A DNA stretch of 64,000 nucleotides from Vicugna vicugna. Its lineage: Eukaryota. The notes beneath the pieces were generated by a model. That model was not told the origin of the DNA. It was given only the letters and a program-made list of their open reading frames with translations, and did not search any database. The stretch is from positions 1-64,000 of the forward strand of contig MU058134.1 in assembly GCA_013265495.1 (NCBI GenBank). Reading direction: 5' to 3'. The position numbers and the translations under genes are program-made. Below are positions 12,987 to 26,591 of this stretch, in pieces. Numbering within the stretch: the stretch's first letter is position 1; each line of letters opens with the position of its first letter.

Positions 12987-13551
12987 AAGTGAATAATGGA
13001 CTAATTCACATCCAGAAGACTACATTTCTCTCCTACCGAAGGAAGAGGTACTCGAGACAGACAGTACACGTGTCAATGAAAGACTGAAAGTCTTGTGTTT
13101 TCACTGTTCTTATCCTGCCAATCAACAATATGCAGGTGTTTGGCAAAAGAAAATTGATCAAATTTTAACATCTCTCGATTCAGTTCTTCATGGGTCTTCA
13201 ATATTGTGTTTGTTAGAACACTAAAGATGGTCTAAACTTAAAGTAAGTCTTTTAAAAGAAATTCAGATTATTATGTGATTATCCACTCGTAGGGTTTTAC
13301 ACGTTAATGGATGCACAAGTTGACAGCAAACAGACTTATTTCTCAGCCACGCAGCTTAAAGAGGGATCGAAATGACTTAAGATGTCCAGTGAGGTAAGAG
13401 TAAAATTGTTTTTGCTCTTTCCTAAAAATCGTTTTGAGGAAGTTGCTACTTATTAATGGTAATAACTACAACTGAAGTCGCTGAACTAGAGCAAGGTTAT
13501 TATATGCTCCTTTTATATTTTCCCTAGGTGTTCCAATACACACATCTGAAA
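12987..13551 (+). pseudogene. Candidate decayed exons of an unidentified gene (12987-13242, 13347-13393, 13528-)
   Basis: ttcttgttaaatgcag|A...AAA|gtaagt; ttatttctcag|CCA...GAG|gtaaga; ttttatattttccctag|G. Phases are compatible. The first exon reads SE*WTNSHPEDYISLLPKEEVLE...VWQKKIDQILTSLDSVLHGSSILCLLEH*RWSKLK (2 stops in 85 codons). Confidence 0.35.
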
Positions 13552-14672
13552 ATAGTGACCAATTTTACGTTTTTTTAATGCTAAAGCCAATAGGTATTTA
13601 TATGAATGTTCAGTGGGGGAAGATAGAAAAATACTTATTTATACCAGAAATACTGATGTAACATAATGGAGATGACTGAAAAAAAAATCCAGGAGTCCAT
13701 ACTACTCATTAGTTAATCAATCACTAAGATAAACATGGCCTTTTATTATTAAAAGTTAAATATTTTTAAGAAAGTAACTAAAATGTAAATGTAACGTAAA
13801 AGAAACCATACTTTCAACCAGTATGCACTAAAGGAGTTAAGGAATGATGTAACTATGGAAAGGGATCAGAAAATATCAGTTAAGCTACAGACTAACACCT
13901 ACGAATAGGGATGACGTATCCGTTCATTCCTTCAGCACACATCTCCTGAACTCTGCACCTTTTGCACGGCAGCATCAGGCTCGTGGAATACAGCGGTGGT
14001 GACCAAGGCAGTTAGAATCTGTCTCATAAAGTTATAACTGACCATAAGAGACAGACAGTAATTTATTACACAAAAACCTTTTACAACAGATGATTTGCAC
14101 ATGCATTTAATTTACTCTAATATATAAAATTTAACCATATGTTCCAGGCAAAGAGAGAGAAAAATTATTTCATTCAAGTCTCCTTAAATTTCTCCCCCAG
14201 CAAACATGTGTTGGCCTATATGGCTCCAAAGGAAAAGCAAAACTCAAAGGCACAGAGAAACAAAAGAAATTGATACCTGGCTTCTGAGTGTCCACGTGCC
14301 AAGTCTTAGCAATTAATTAGCCTATTAATGAATTTACAGCAGTAATTTTTAAAAGTGAGCTTTTGAGCTTACGTACATATGTCAGTATCTAGCTTTGAGG
14401 TAAAATAAAACACTCTGCCATCCCAATTATGAAAAGAACTTTGAATCATCAGTAGAGAAGGTTATTATAAATGTATCATGGGTTCATTTTCTGGTGATGG
14501 AGGTGGGGGGCAGATTGGGTATTAGAAGGCTAAATAATGTTTGCTGGGCACTAAAGAGTATGTAGAAGGGTGGGGAGGAAGTGAAGGAGTTAAGCATTTT
14601 GATGAAGACTCCAAGGTAGGTGGATCTTGGTACATCTTGGGGGAAAAGAGGAAACAGTATAGCTGCTCATAC

Positions 14673-15130
14673 ACTGGTTCTCAAAGTGTGGTCAGGGACC
14701 TCTGTGGGTCCTGAAACTCTGCTCAGTTAAAACTATTTTAATATGATATTATTTACCTTTTTATTCTCATTTGCTTGCAATTGACAGTGAGTGGAGTTTA
14801 CCAGAGGCTACATGATTTATAATATTGCAAGTGTGAATGCAGAAGCAAATATAACAACTCAGCCATCTTTTGCTAAACCAGCTTTTGGAAAAAAGTAACA
14901 CAATGTCTTTGTTTTAACACTAATTTTTGTAAATTTTTTTCACAGAAATATGTTAACATAGTAACTTTATCATTGTTATTCTTAAATGAATTTTTAAATA
15001 GATATTTTAAAACTTTCTCAGGTCTAACTGTCTAGTACTGTAAACCTAGGTAGATCTAAATCATACACTAAAAACTTTGGGGGGCTTTCAATAATTTTAG
15101 GCCTGTAGAGGGGTCTTTAGTTTGAGAGGC
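14673..15130. mobile_element. hAT-Charlie-type DNA transposon remnant
   Basis: Starts cactggttctcaaagtgtggtc, contains aaaactatttt...gtggagtttaccagaggctac, and ends near ...tttagtttgaga. Confidence 0.65.
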
Positions 15131-15494
15131 AGAGGCTCAAAGTAGGGCTGTAGCCAAGTATATATGAGAAATGGGCAGGTAGACAGGTGAGACTACAGAC
15201 TGGAGCTGAGAAAACCTCTAAACCAGAGATGAAAACTAGCAGTTGTCACTATGAAGGTATTTTAAGTCACCGGAATCCACAGCACTGCCCACATCAACAC
15301 AGAGTAAGACATGGTCCAACATCAAGTCCTGAGCAACCTAAGATTTAACAGTGAGGCAGCTCTAATCTGCAGGGTGGCGTTATGAAGAGGATTACAACTT
15401 CTTTTCAATCTCAAACTACTGTGTACATGTAATTATCAGCAGTTTTTAGTCAGCCTGGTTACTATGTATTAACCGGATTACATCCTCAATATAC

Positions 15495-15910
15495 TATTTT
15501 TATAGCTCTGTTGAGATATGATTGATATACAATGAGCTGCACATATTTGCAATGCAGTTTGAGAAGTTCTGACTTCCAGTGTGAAATTATTATCACAATC
15601 AGGGAAGTGAATGTACTCAATCACCAAGTCTTTTCTAGCTCCTTTACAATCCTTCTCTCCCAACTGTCCCACCCTTCTCTCCAGTTCCCAGACTTGCTCT
15701 AGACTAGTGTACATTTTCTCCTGTTTTATATAAATGGAATCCCACAATACATGTCCTTTTTGTCTGGCTTCATTCACTCGTGATTATTTTGAGATTCATT
15801 CATGTGGTATCATGTATCAACAATTCACTCCCTTTTTACTAGGAAGTGGCATTCCACTGTAGGGATGTACCAGTGTTTGCTCACGGACGCACTGATGGAC
15901 TGCCTCCCGT
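15495..15910 (-). mobile_element. Old L1M 3' end (antisense)
   Basis: atagctctgttgagatatgattgatatacaat...aaatggaatcccacaatac...ttttgagattcattcatgtgg. Confidence 0.8.
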
Positions 15911-15929
15911 TTGGGACTCCCTGCAACAT

Positions 15930-17430
15930 TTCATGCAGCATTGGTGTACTGGTGATGAGGACTTTCAGCTTCTGAATGCCTGAAAAAAATCTTTGCTTCA
16001 TTTTTACAAGATATTCACTGAGAATAAAATTCCAAGTTGACAGTTATTTTTTTTTCTTTTAGCATTTTCAAGATTTTATCCCAATATCTTCTTGCTTGCA
16101 TTATTTCTGACAAGAAATGTATTAGCCTTTCTTGTTCCTTCCTCTGTGTGTAATGAGTCTTTTCTTTATCTGTCTGCTTTTAAGATTTTCCCCTAATCAC
16201 TCATTTGAGCAATTTGATGACCATGTGCCTTGGTGTGGTTTTTTTGTTTCTTGTGCTTGGGATTTATTTAGCTCCTTGGATCATGAGTTTATATATTTTC
16301 CACCAAATTAGGAAAATCTTTAGTCATTATATCTTCAGCTATTCTTTTTGCTCTCTCCCCTTTCAGGGACTCAAAATATACACATATATTTGGCCACTTT
16401 TTTTGATTCATTCTCTTGCTGACTGCAGTTTACTATTTTTTCCTCCATTAATATCAAATTTGCTATAAATTTCAGATATATCTTTAATTTTATATATTAT
16501 ACTTTCTATCTCTAAAAGTTCAATTTGAGTACTTTTCAGTATATTCCACATCTCAATTTTTGAACAAAAAATACAGTTATACTGTTTTGATATTCTTGTC
16601 TGCTAATTCTAACATCTCTGTCATCTCTGGATTAGTTCAGACAGACTGATGTCTTCCCATTATGTGTTGTGTCTTCTTGCTTCTTTGCACGTTTGGTAGC
16701 TTCTATTATTGCACGTCAGACATTGTGAGTTTTAACTTGTTGGGTGCTGGATATTTTTGTATTCCTGTATACCTTATAAAGCTGTGTGGTGGAAAGCAGT
16801 TTAGTCACTTACAAAAAGTCTTGCTTTTAAGACTTTTTAAGCAGAACTAGAGCAATTTTCACTCCAAGGTGTTTTTTTTTTCCCCACTACTAGGGCAAGA
16901 TGCATCTGAGTATTCTACCCAACACCCTATAAGGGATGAAATTGTCCAGTCTGGCTGGTAGGAACTGGCCCTATTCCCAGCTCTGTGATTGCCAGGCATT
17001 GCCCCCTCTGATCACGTTGGCTGAATCTTTCCCCTGCACAGTTATGTGCAGATGAGTTCTCAGCTGCATACCCAAGGCGGACTCTCCGCATTCTCCAGTG
17101 TTTTCCTTCTGTGCAGAATTCTCCCCTGTTGTATTCTGACTTGGGAATTCTAGCTGCCCTAGTTTCTCCGTACTCCCAGCTTCATCTCATTAACTCAGGG
17201 AGTCTGTCTGCCTCACACTGGCCCTGCCTTCCCTGAACTGTTAACCTGGAAACTCTCTCAAGGAAGTAAACAGAGATCACCACAGGGCTGACCTCATTTG
17301 TTTCCCATCTTTCAGGGATGACTACCCTTCATGACCTGATGTGCAGTGACTTAAAAACATTGTTTCATATGGTTTGTCCATATTTTATATGTGGAGAGCG
17401 GTGATAATTCAGGAGCCTGTTACCTATCTT
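15930..17430 (-). mobile_element. Old L1M 5'/ORF1-region fragment (antisense)
   Basis: ctttcagcttctgaatgcctgaaaa...gcttttaagattttc...gagcaatttgatgaccatgtgccttggtgtgg; T-rich antisense L1 composition. Confidence 0.7.
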
Positions 17431-18679
17431 GATCCATTACCCTTTACCTCTTTAATCTTAGAACAACCCATAAGTTGGGTATTACTATCTCTATTTTAGG
17501 AAGGAAACTGGGGACATAGTCAATAGCTTGGCTCACTCAAGTTCAGCTAATATGGTACAGCATTCCTTCCAAAGCTCTCACACGTAGCCATCATGACATA
17601 CCACCTACAGAGGACTGAGAGATCGCTGAATGCATCGTTAACACTGGGATTATTATTTTTTTATAATAACAGCTAGATTCTCACTTTTGTAAACTGGATT
17701 AGAAACAGTCTTTCCTTAAAAGGCTTAATAAATGAACTAAGTGAGCCTTGAATACTACAGACAGCAACAAGGCCTAAGGGTCCTTTAAGGACTAACGATG
17801 TTTTTTACATCCTCTGGTCAGCCACCAAGGTGAAGCTTCCACTCCCTCCACAACAGTAATTATCAGACATCAGGCATCTCAAACAGCGAGGAGGCAGGCA
17901 TCAACTTCTGAGGCACCGGATCCTTCTCTGGATCGATCTATCTCTGAGTTCTCTTTTACATTACGATAAAGAAATATATTAGAAATGATAAAACAAATCT
18001 GTTGCCTTGCAGCTTCTACCCAATCACGGCAGTTTATAGAAATAACCAAATCCAGAGCTCACGCTAGCAAGCAGTCAAATACACAAACGTTCTTCCCTGG
18101 CAGGGCACTGCAACACAGATCTGACATAGGTTTTCCTTCACATTTTCTACCATGTTCTATTCTTTTCATCTTGGGATAGAATCAAATCTTCCTAAAATCT
18201 GTGAAAATCACATTGAACGATAAACTGCAACCTGACAAAGAGATGAGGAATGAGACAGTAAGATTAATTTAATATTATATACAATTTAAGATTATGCCAC
18301 ATTTAGTATTAAACACAATTGAACAAAGGCTGCCAATTTTCTAACGAGGAAAAAATCATAAAGGGTACTCAACAGTAAAACTACACTGAGCACTCGACAG
18401 TCCATCTTGAATCAAAAAATCAAATCAACAGCAATATTCAGTTTTTACTCCAGGTAAGATGCTATACCGGGATAGAGTTAGCATTTTCTTTACATGTGTT
18501 AATGATCTCTTCTCAGTTTGGAATATAAACGATGGGAGCAATGGAACTGGATGCCCCTGTCCTTACTGAAAACCTGGGAGTTAATTCTCATCTGTATTCA
18601 CTTGTTTAGGACCCTGAGATCCATAGCCAACCTGCCTGCTTTGATTCTGGGCTACTCCACACCAGGAGAATTCAGAGCT

Positions 18680-18855
18680 TTGTGGCCTTGGCAAGTTCCT
18701 CAACCTCTCTGTGCCTCCAATTCCTCATCTGTGAAAGAGAAACAGTACTGCTAACTCACAGGATTGTAATAAACTTCAAATGAGTTAAAATATATGAAAC
18801 ACTTAGAACACTGGCACACAGCAAATGCTCAGCCAGGGTTAACACTTTATTATCA
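18680..18855 (+). mobile_element. MIR SINE
   Basis: tgtggccttggcaagttcctcaacctctctgtgcctccaattcctcatctgtgaaa core. Confidence 0.85.
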
Positions 18856-21800
18856 TTAAAATAAGGTGTTCAATGAAATCAATTCCATTTTACTGGTCGT
18901 TTGGACTTTGTCTAATTAGAATGTAATGCCAGCACATAATTGTTTCTACATTCCTGGATACCAGCAAGAATGAAGAAGCTGAGAGACACCCTATTTGTAC
19001 TTAAGAAGGTGATTGCTTGGGACTGTCTGAATGCTGTCATTATAAAACTTGTGCTACAGACAGGCAATAAGGATCACAAATCCGTCTTATGAATGGTCAA
19101 AATAAGGCAAAGATTACTTTAGTAATTTGCTTGAGTTACCCATGGAACAAACAATTGCATTTAATCCACATATAGAAGCAAGTCAGTAAGTTACATGAAT
19201 AGAGCTGCTGCAATATTAAACACCCAGATGTCCAAAAAAGCATTGCCTGTAACTGTCAGTGAGCTTTTGTTAAGTTGGTTCTCAATTTCATACAAATCAC
19301 TGAGTACACATTTGATTCTGGAAGTTATTTGACTCTACTCTGCCTTATTCACAATGAAAGAGGGGACGGGAGGGAATGTAGATTCTTGTAAAATGGTAGC
19401 CAATTTCCAAGCCTGGTGCCCCATAATGTCTCTAAAATATGATGTCCCTCAAGACTCCCAACTAGAAGAAACAAGCAGGACCCTGAGAAGGAACTGCCTC
19501 ACAAGTGCTTAAAGAGGGAATGAATGCACAGATGTTGGAAGCCTAAAACAAATTCAAATTTTGAATTGCTATAAACAGTGAGAAACTATGAACACATGGT
19601 ATGAGTTCGACAGTGAAAAATTCCCATGGAAAAAAAATATCTTCACTGACATCACTCAGGGTCTGACTTCATCAGCCACCTGCAGAGGCACGTGCCTGCA
19701 TGCCACTGACATCACCTCAGGTGCATGCAATTTGGGGACATGAAATAAAGTTCATGAAAGTATACAGCTTCCTTGAAAAGCAGCGGTCGATTCCCTCTTA
19801 GCTTGAGCGTGACTAAAACAAATACTGTAAAATTCCATTCCAGTGAGCAGCTTCTTTGGGTTTACTTGGTCATCTGCATACATTTCTCTAAGGACCATCT
19901 CTCCTGAGATTATCTGTCTGTGAAGCCGTGGCTTACTTTGTTTATCCATATTTCACTTAAATTGACTAGATTAAAAACTTTCAAAATCCTGAATAATGCT
20001 TGTGAGCAGATTATATCTTAATTAAATGCTGGCGTCCCCCAAGGCATTAGTGACTGCCCCTTTTTAACCTCTCCCCCCCTTATATAACAATCTTTTCAAT
20101 TGAGAGACTATATCCAGCGTTCTTATTTAAAGGAAAAACACTGTTTCACAGTCTTGTGGCTCATTTCTTACATATTTTTGAAAAAGATGGACAGGGTAAA
20201 ACCTATATTTTAAAATATGCTTTCACAGAAAAAATACAGTCAATACATTTCCATGGTAAACATTAAAAAATAAAATAGTCTTAGTCTGACAAGCTCTTAA
20301 AAGTGGATTTTTTCTACACATAATCTAAAAGGCATAATCAAATTGGATTTATCTCACCTCTAATCTGTAAGACTATAATTATTTCATTCATCATTTTAGT
20401 TAAAATGAAAATACCAAAAACACCCACAGTCATTTATAGTTTCTGACCTGTTCCACACCTCAAAACAAGGGACTTTAAAAGCAGTCCTGCGTTATAACAA
20501 TCTTTGTCATATTGTCATGTCCAGAACTCCCCCAAGCCCCTCCAAACTGTTAATTTCCTTCTTAGTTCGTCAAATATTTAATCCCCAGTGCCAAGTGGCT
20601 ATCAGTGAAGCCAACTCACATATCAAATTGTGAACCACGTGTGTTCACTGATTTCCTTGAGCTCCCTGTGACTGGCTAGGATTCACCTTAAGACATCTAA
20701 TTGCGCCTACTGTCCTTGACTTTAAACCAAGTTCTACTCCATTGGAATCTTTAAACAGCTCAATAGCTCCCTCTAGCCTCCGTTTATATACTACACCCAC
20801 AGGTCACAGTCAAAGGTTAGGGGACTCCAGCCAGCTTATCCTCACTCTCTTGGCCAAGCTTCTTATGTGGCTCATAGAGACACTCCCCTGATCCAAAAAC
20901 CCAAGGCTACCCAGTGCCAAATGGTCGTGGTGAGACACTGAGACAAAGTACAGCCATTCAGGATGCCAAACGACAGGAAGCAACAAACATGATTTCATGA
21001 ATAAGCTCAAAATCAATAAATAGCTCTCCCAAGAAAAGAAAGCAAAGGGAAAGTTATCACACGTATTATTACTTAGTAGCTTATCCTTTTAACATGAACT
21101 GCTTTTTCTGTTTGCATAAGCTGCCTATTTTATAAAACAAATGCAACCTGATGTTTCACATTGAAAATCAAATGTGTTGTGAAGAATAAAAATAACCCTC
21201 AAAGAGACAAGTGCCAAAATTATTTTCCCCAGTGGGCAAAAGGGACGTACAGTAAGTATAAGCATTTCACTTCACTATAAAACGTGTGTATCTTTATATA
21301 TAGGCAGATAAATGGATTTGAATTTTAAGACCACCCCCCAGCAAAAACAAAAACAAAAAAAATTTTGAGATTTTGATCTTAATCCAACATGCCTTTTTAT
21401 GATTGAGGGACCACTCATAGATGACATATATTTTTCAAAATAACATCAAGCCATGTTTTTAATGTTAAATTTTTAAAGTTTGCTATCTTGGCCAAAAATT
21501 GATTTTTTTAAAATTACATGTAATTTTCTACCAGTGTTTCTACTGCTTAGCAGAAGGCTAGGATCATTTCCAAAATGGAACGCCCTGTGTCACTACAGAT
21601 GATAACAAATGTTGGATTTACGTTGCACATTCTGTATTTCTTTATGATATGGATTTCAGAAAAAAAAATCTGAAAACTCCACCTTTGTAATCTAGTTGTC
21701 CAAAAAAACTACAGGGGTAAATATATACATTTTCTCCCTTTTGGCTACATAAATTAAAGCTGGGAGGCTAAATACAATGAAACTTCAAATTTGGAAATGG

Positions 21801-22669
21801 CCTTAGAGACAGTTTAGTTCCATTCCCATTTTTGCAGATGAAGACATTAAAGAAAGGTCTTGTCTAAGATCAAAGCTATGTCAGCACAAGAACCAAAGTT
21901 AAAGCCCGTGTCCCTTGACCTCGGTCCCAGGGCTCATTACGCCACATTGCTGTCTTCCATTGCCTGTGTTATATGAACAAGAATGTTTTTAAACTTCTTT
22001 GTCATGGAATAATACACTTTAATATTTTTTCTGCCTATCCTCCTCCTTCTCCTATTAATTAAAGAAAAAAAAACTTTCACATTCTGAATTTGCAGTATAA
22101 CACAGAGCTGGCCTACATAATATATCAAATCTTTCTCCTACTGTGATGAGGGAGCACTTGAGCCTGGAGCCAATTAAAATAAACAGGCCCATTGAATCAT
22201 AAAGGCCTATTTCTTTTCCATGGTATTTGAAAAGAAGAACAGATCTCAGCAAACTGAGTCTTACAAGAGGTGTGAGCTGAACTTGACATTCTGTGATAGT
22301 AACAGATGACAAGACAAAATGTGAAAATTGCATTCCTGAGTTAAAGTGTCTAAGAAAAAAACCCATGGGAAGAAAATGTACTGATGTCAGTTGGGTTGAT
22401 TTTCAGTAATGTTACAACACTTTTTAAAAATTGAAAAAGTATTAAAATGAAATCTTTCTAGACCAGCTGGTTTCTCCTTACCTGACAGACTTTTATGTAA
22501 TTAGATGTGATCATGCCAATTGCCTCTGAATCAGTGTTTATTTTTCACGAGTAATAGTGACATCTAAAAAGTATGGAGTGTTTAAGTATATGAAGGCATG
22601 TTCCTATGTAGCTACCTGTCTACTATTCATCTCTCTAATATCTAACATACGATATCCATATATTCACTT

Positions 22670-22855
22670 AATCATCAGAACAACCGATGTGACAGGTCCT
22701 ATTAGTATCTCCTTCTGTAAGATATGTACATTGAGGCTCACAGAGATTAATTATCTTGTCTGTTATTGACTTAATGATTAACTTGCAAGTAATAAAGGCT
22801 GGGATTAGGATCCAGGCAATCTGGTGCTGGAATATGTGCCCTTAATCACTATACG
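22670..22855 (-). mobile_element. MIR SINE
   Basis: attgaggctcacagagattaa...ggctgggattaggatccaggcaatctgg...cttaatcacta. Confidence 0.7.
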
Positions 22856-23084
22856 ACACCACAATAATAATAAAAAAAAAACTATTTGATGGAACATAAG
22901 CACATTCACAGATACTTAAAATGAATTGTGATAGAAAGTAACATAAAAAATGACTTTCTCAACTTGAAATATATGTGCTGAAGGGTCAGAAAATTCCTGA
23001 AGGAATATAAAGAGATAAATCTTTCTCTTCTGACACTGCACAAATTTGACTTAATTAATTTGAATGTTCAATGGCTTTTTTTTT

Positions 23085-23267
23085 TTGCCACATTTAGCAA
23101 ATAAAAATACAGGGCTCACAGATAAATGTGAATTTCAGATAAACAACAAATCATTTTTAGTATAAGTATATCCTATACAATATTTGGGACATACACTAAA
23201 GAATTATCTATTGCTTATCTGAAATTTAATTTTGACTGGGTGTCTTGTATTTTACATAGAAACTCTT
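23085..23267. mobile_element. MER53-like palindromic hAT MITE
   Basis: ttgccacatttagcaaataaaaatacagg...aatttcagataaacaac is mirrored by ttgcttatctgaaattt...tcttgtatttt around a central caatatttggg. Confidence 0.8.
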
Positions 23268-24919
23268 CATAGGGTATAAATATATCCAACTGACTAAAGT
23301 TATTTCTAAACTATATGTATCGTGTGTATATATATATGATATATATGAGATAGAGTTTCATCTCAGTTATTTAGAAGGCAAACTTTAGGCTTCCTTATGG
23401 TGAAAGAAAGAAGTACAATCAGAATTACAAGCAAATAGGCAGGAGGAAGGAAGGAAGATTGGGAAGGAAGGAGGAGGGGAGAGAAAGTAAATGGGAAGGA
23501 AGAAGAAACTAACGAATGTCTCTGGCTCCGCAAAAGTGACCTGTGAACATCCAGCAACTGAGAGAAACCTATCAGACCATAAGAGAAAAGGATCATGCTT
23601 CACGATTCAGAAATTGGTATACTTCCTACCGTGAAAAGCAACACTTACATCAGCAAACAATTGCACAAAAGCTGGGAATTATATGGGAGAGAGATTAGAA
23701 AGGCAAAAAAATATATATAGATGATGGAAAAAAGATAAAAGGGAGTTACAAAGAGCCTAAGTAATGTCAGTGAGGGTGGAAGTCTTAACACAAATGGAGA
23801 TCCAGTGACTTGAATCAGCACTGGTCTGGGTGAAGGTGTGATGGGGTAGGTCAGTCTTTCATTCTCAGGAACTTCCACGAGCATCAGTTACCACGTTAAA
23901 GCCGTATTATCATTTGGCCAATCTTACAGCATGTTAAGAGTAGAAATTAGGAAGGTGATGGCAAAACCATTTTTAGTTCAGTTTAGTCACCAAGAATACG
24001 AATCTGTCTTGCCACAAATCTGCAAATTTCAGTGGTATGAGAGAAGTTATGTAACTTGCCTAAAGTCACAGAGCAAGTAAAAGAGTAGAAAGTAGAGTCA
24101 CAACCCCATGTTTTACAACAAAAGTCTCATATTTATTTCACGTAGCAAAATTACCATACCAACCAACGTATTTATTTGGCCAGGAGGGACAGTCACTATG
24201 GTAGAAATGAGTTAAAACATAATGCAGTAGAGGTGTTGCCTCTCGTGGTAGTTTATTCATGGAAAGCAAACCCAAGTGAACTATGTTTTAGAATCCAACT
24301 AATGAAAAGATGAAAGAATTCCCTTATTATCATCACATCGTAATGGAAAAGACAAAAGTGTTTTATATGAAAATACTTAGGACTGAGTCACATGCAAAGA
24401 GATAAAGAAAACTCTGTTACCTTGATAGTGGTGATATTATTAAGGGTGTTTGTATATGTCTAAACTCATCAAACTACACATTAAATATGTGCAGTTCTTT
24501 GTATATCAATTACATTTCAATAAAGCTGTTAAAAAATGAATGCAAAATTGAAATATTTCCATTTAAGAAATACAACAAAATCAGTTATCAAATTTTAAGC
24601 AAAAGGAAAAAAGGGGAAGATTAGCTTTAATCTTATGAAATTGTAGAATTCTGAGCAGTTTATCCCTGGAAGAGTTTGGGAACAATTGAATGTAGAATGT
24701 CACAATGTTGATGAATTATTGACCATTTGCACATGTACAAATATTGCAATTAGTAAACATCTTCAGCATACTGGTCACCTACTTAGAGAATCGTTCTAAA
24801 TATTTATCTAAAAGGCCTCTCAATCCCATTCCCCTTGCCAGTCACTATGATAAATTATTAGTTTATCTCCACCTACCTCCTCCAATTTCCAGCTTAAAAA
24901 AAAATGTAAGCTCTAAATT

Positions 24920-25051
24920 GTTTGCCTTCAGCATTCTTGGCCTGAGTGTCTGCTCCAAAGTCCATGAGCAAGCAGGCCAGCTTCCCACTGGACGCCCTGG
25001 CCACCGCGTGAAGAGGGGAGTCCAGTCCCCGGCCTTGGTTCACACTTGCTC
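24920..25051 (-). pseudogene. ASB9: ASB9-like exon, 3'-truncated: ASVNQGRGLDSPLHAVARASSGKLACLLMDFGADTQAKNAEGK
   Basis: ctgtttag|GA. Homology stops abruptly after GAA GGC AAA C. The frame continues QFRAYIFF to TAA at 24894-24896. Confidence 0.92.
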
Positions 25052-26474
25052 CTAAACAGTCATGAGAACAGAGAGTCAGCCGAGGAGCAGAGTCTCAGCA
25101 TCCCCTTCTCAAAGCACTGCACCTCAAGGCTCCCTGACAAAAGGGCATCCCAGTGGGCACGGCAGTTCTCCGGAGAAACGGGAGATGACTTGACTCCGTT
25201 TACAAACGTGGGGGAAATGCCCCCTGACGATGGCTGAGCGTGCAGCGCCTGGTGTACGGCCTGTGAGGGTCAACACCGTGCCCTGGAGCACCAGACACAG
25301 TGTGATACCTACAAGGAAAATCCTGGTGGTGTGAAAGCTGCACATTCATTACTCATGGAGCCCAAACACTAGCCAGACCGGAAGTGAGGCCAGATGGGGA
25401 AATCCCAGCTATGGCAGGCAGCCACACATGCGGAGCAGCTGCAGTGGGGCTGAAACCTGAGTCTTGGGACTGTGTGACTGGGACTCTGAAGAGCAACCAA
25501 TTATGACAGCATTGCCTACATTAGGGTAGCCAATCCCAAGATCCCAGGGTAGGTGGCAAAGTCCTCCTCCTCAGGGAGAAGGTAGATTTCTAGGACCATC
25601 CCCACCCAATTCCATCCCTACACTATCAGCCAATCCCCACCCCAGCCCAGATGCTGGCTTACATGTGGGACAAGTGGCTTTGCCTGAGTGGCTGTCGCTC
25701 TCATAAACTGGGAATCTTTGGCCATCCAACAAATGTTAACTCAGTTGTTCTTGCACTCAGCTTTGTGAGGGGTGCAAAATCTGGCCCTCTCCTAATGAGG
25801 GGCTTAAAATCCACTTACAATGATAGAAGAGAGAAAGAGGGAGAGAAGGAGAGAGACCGAATCTCCTAATTCATGGTAATAGTTACCAACTGAGTAGAAG
25901 GCAATAAGAACTCTAAGAACATTTGGTGGCAGGAAAGATTGCTGGATTTTTAAACAGTAAACAGGACTTAAATAATTAAAGAGGTGATGAAATGGTATTC
26001 CAAGAAGGGACTGGACACACAGCAGGAAGGTGAAAAAGAATGATTCAACTTAGGCCCTTTCAAAGAAAATATAGTATTTACAATGCGCTACAAATGGGTC
26101 AACTTCTATTTGCAAATCAGAGAACTGGTGAGGAAGGCCCCAGATAGGGAGACTCAGCCCTAACCCAGTGGCTGTGCAAGTCATGCAGAGCCTAATGATG
26201 TCATTGGCTGGAGAGAGGGAGGCAGAGGAAAGGGAGAAGTCATCACAGAGGACCATCCTGGGAGAAGACACCAGCGTCATTATCATCATGCTCATTACAG
26301 TGAGAGAACTAAAGGTCAGTTTAAAGTCACTCCCCGTGGGACCATAGTATGAGCCGTGATCCCGTCCGACTCCCCCGCCCACACTCTTCCCTCTGCTATG
26401 AGAGAAAGAGCTTCCAAACAGCTTTCATTTCCTTTTCATTTACTGTCCTTGCTATGTTTTGCTTTTTGTTTTAC

Positions 26475-26591
26475 CCGATTCCAGAAGCTTCTTGGCACAA
26501 GCCACTTGCAGGTTTTCACAAGCCAGATAGCTGATGTTATGGTCAGTGTCACCCCCGTGAGCCACGAGAGACTCAATGCACTCCACGTGGC
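26475..26591 (-). pseudogene. ASB9: ASB9-like exon, 117 bp: HVECIESLVAHGGDTDHNIS^YLACENLQVACAKKLLES(G), with an in-frame 18-bp deletion
   Basis: gctgcag|GC ... G|gtaaaa, phase 1-1. Lacks the HLGTPL residues recalled from human ASB9. This frame is not in the ORF track. Confidence 0.92.
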
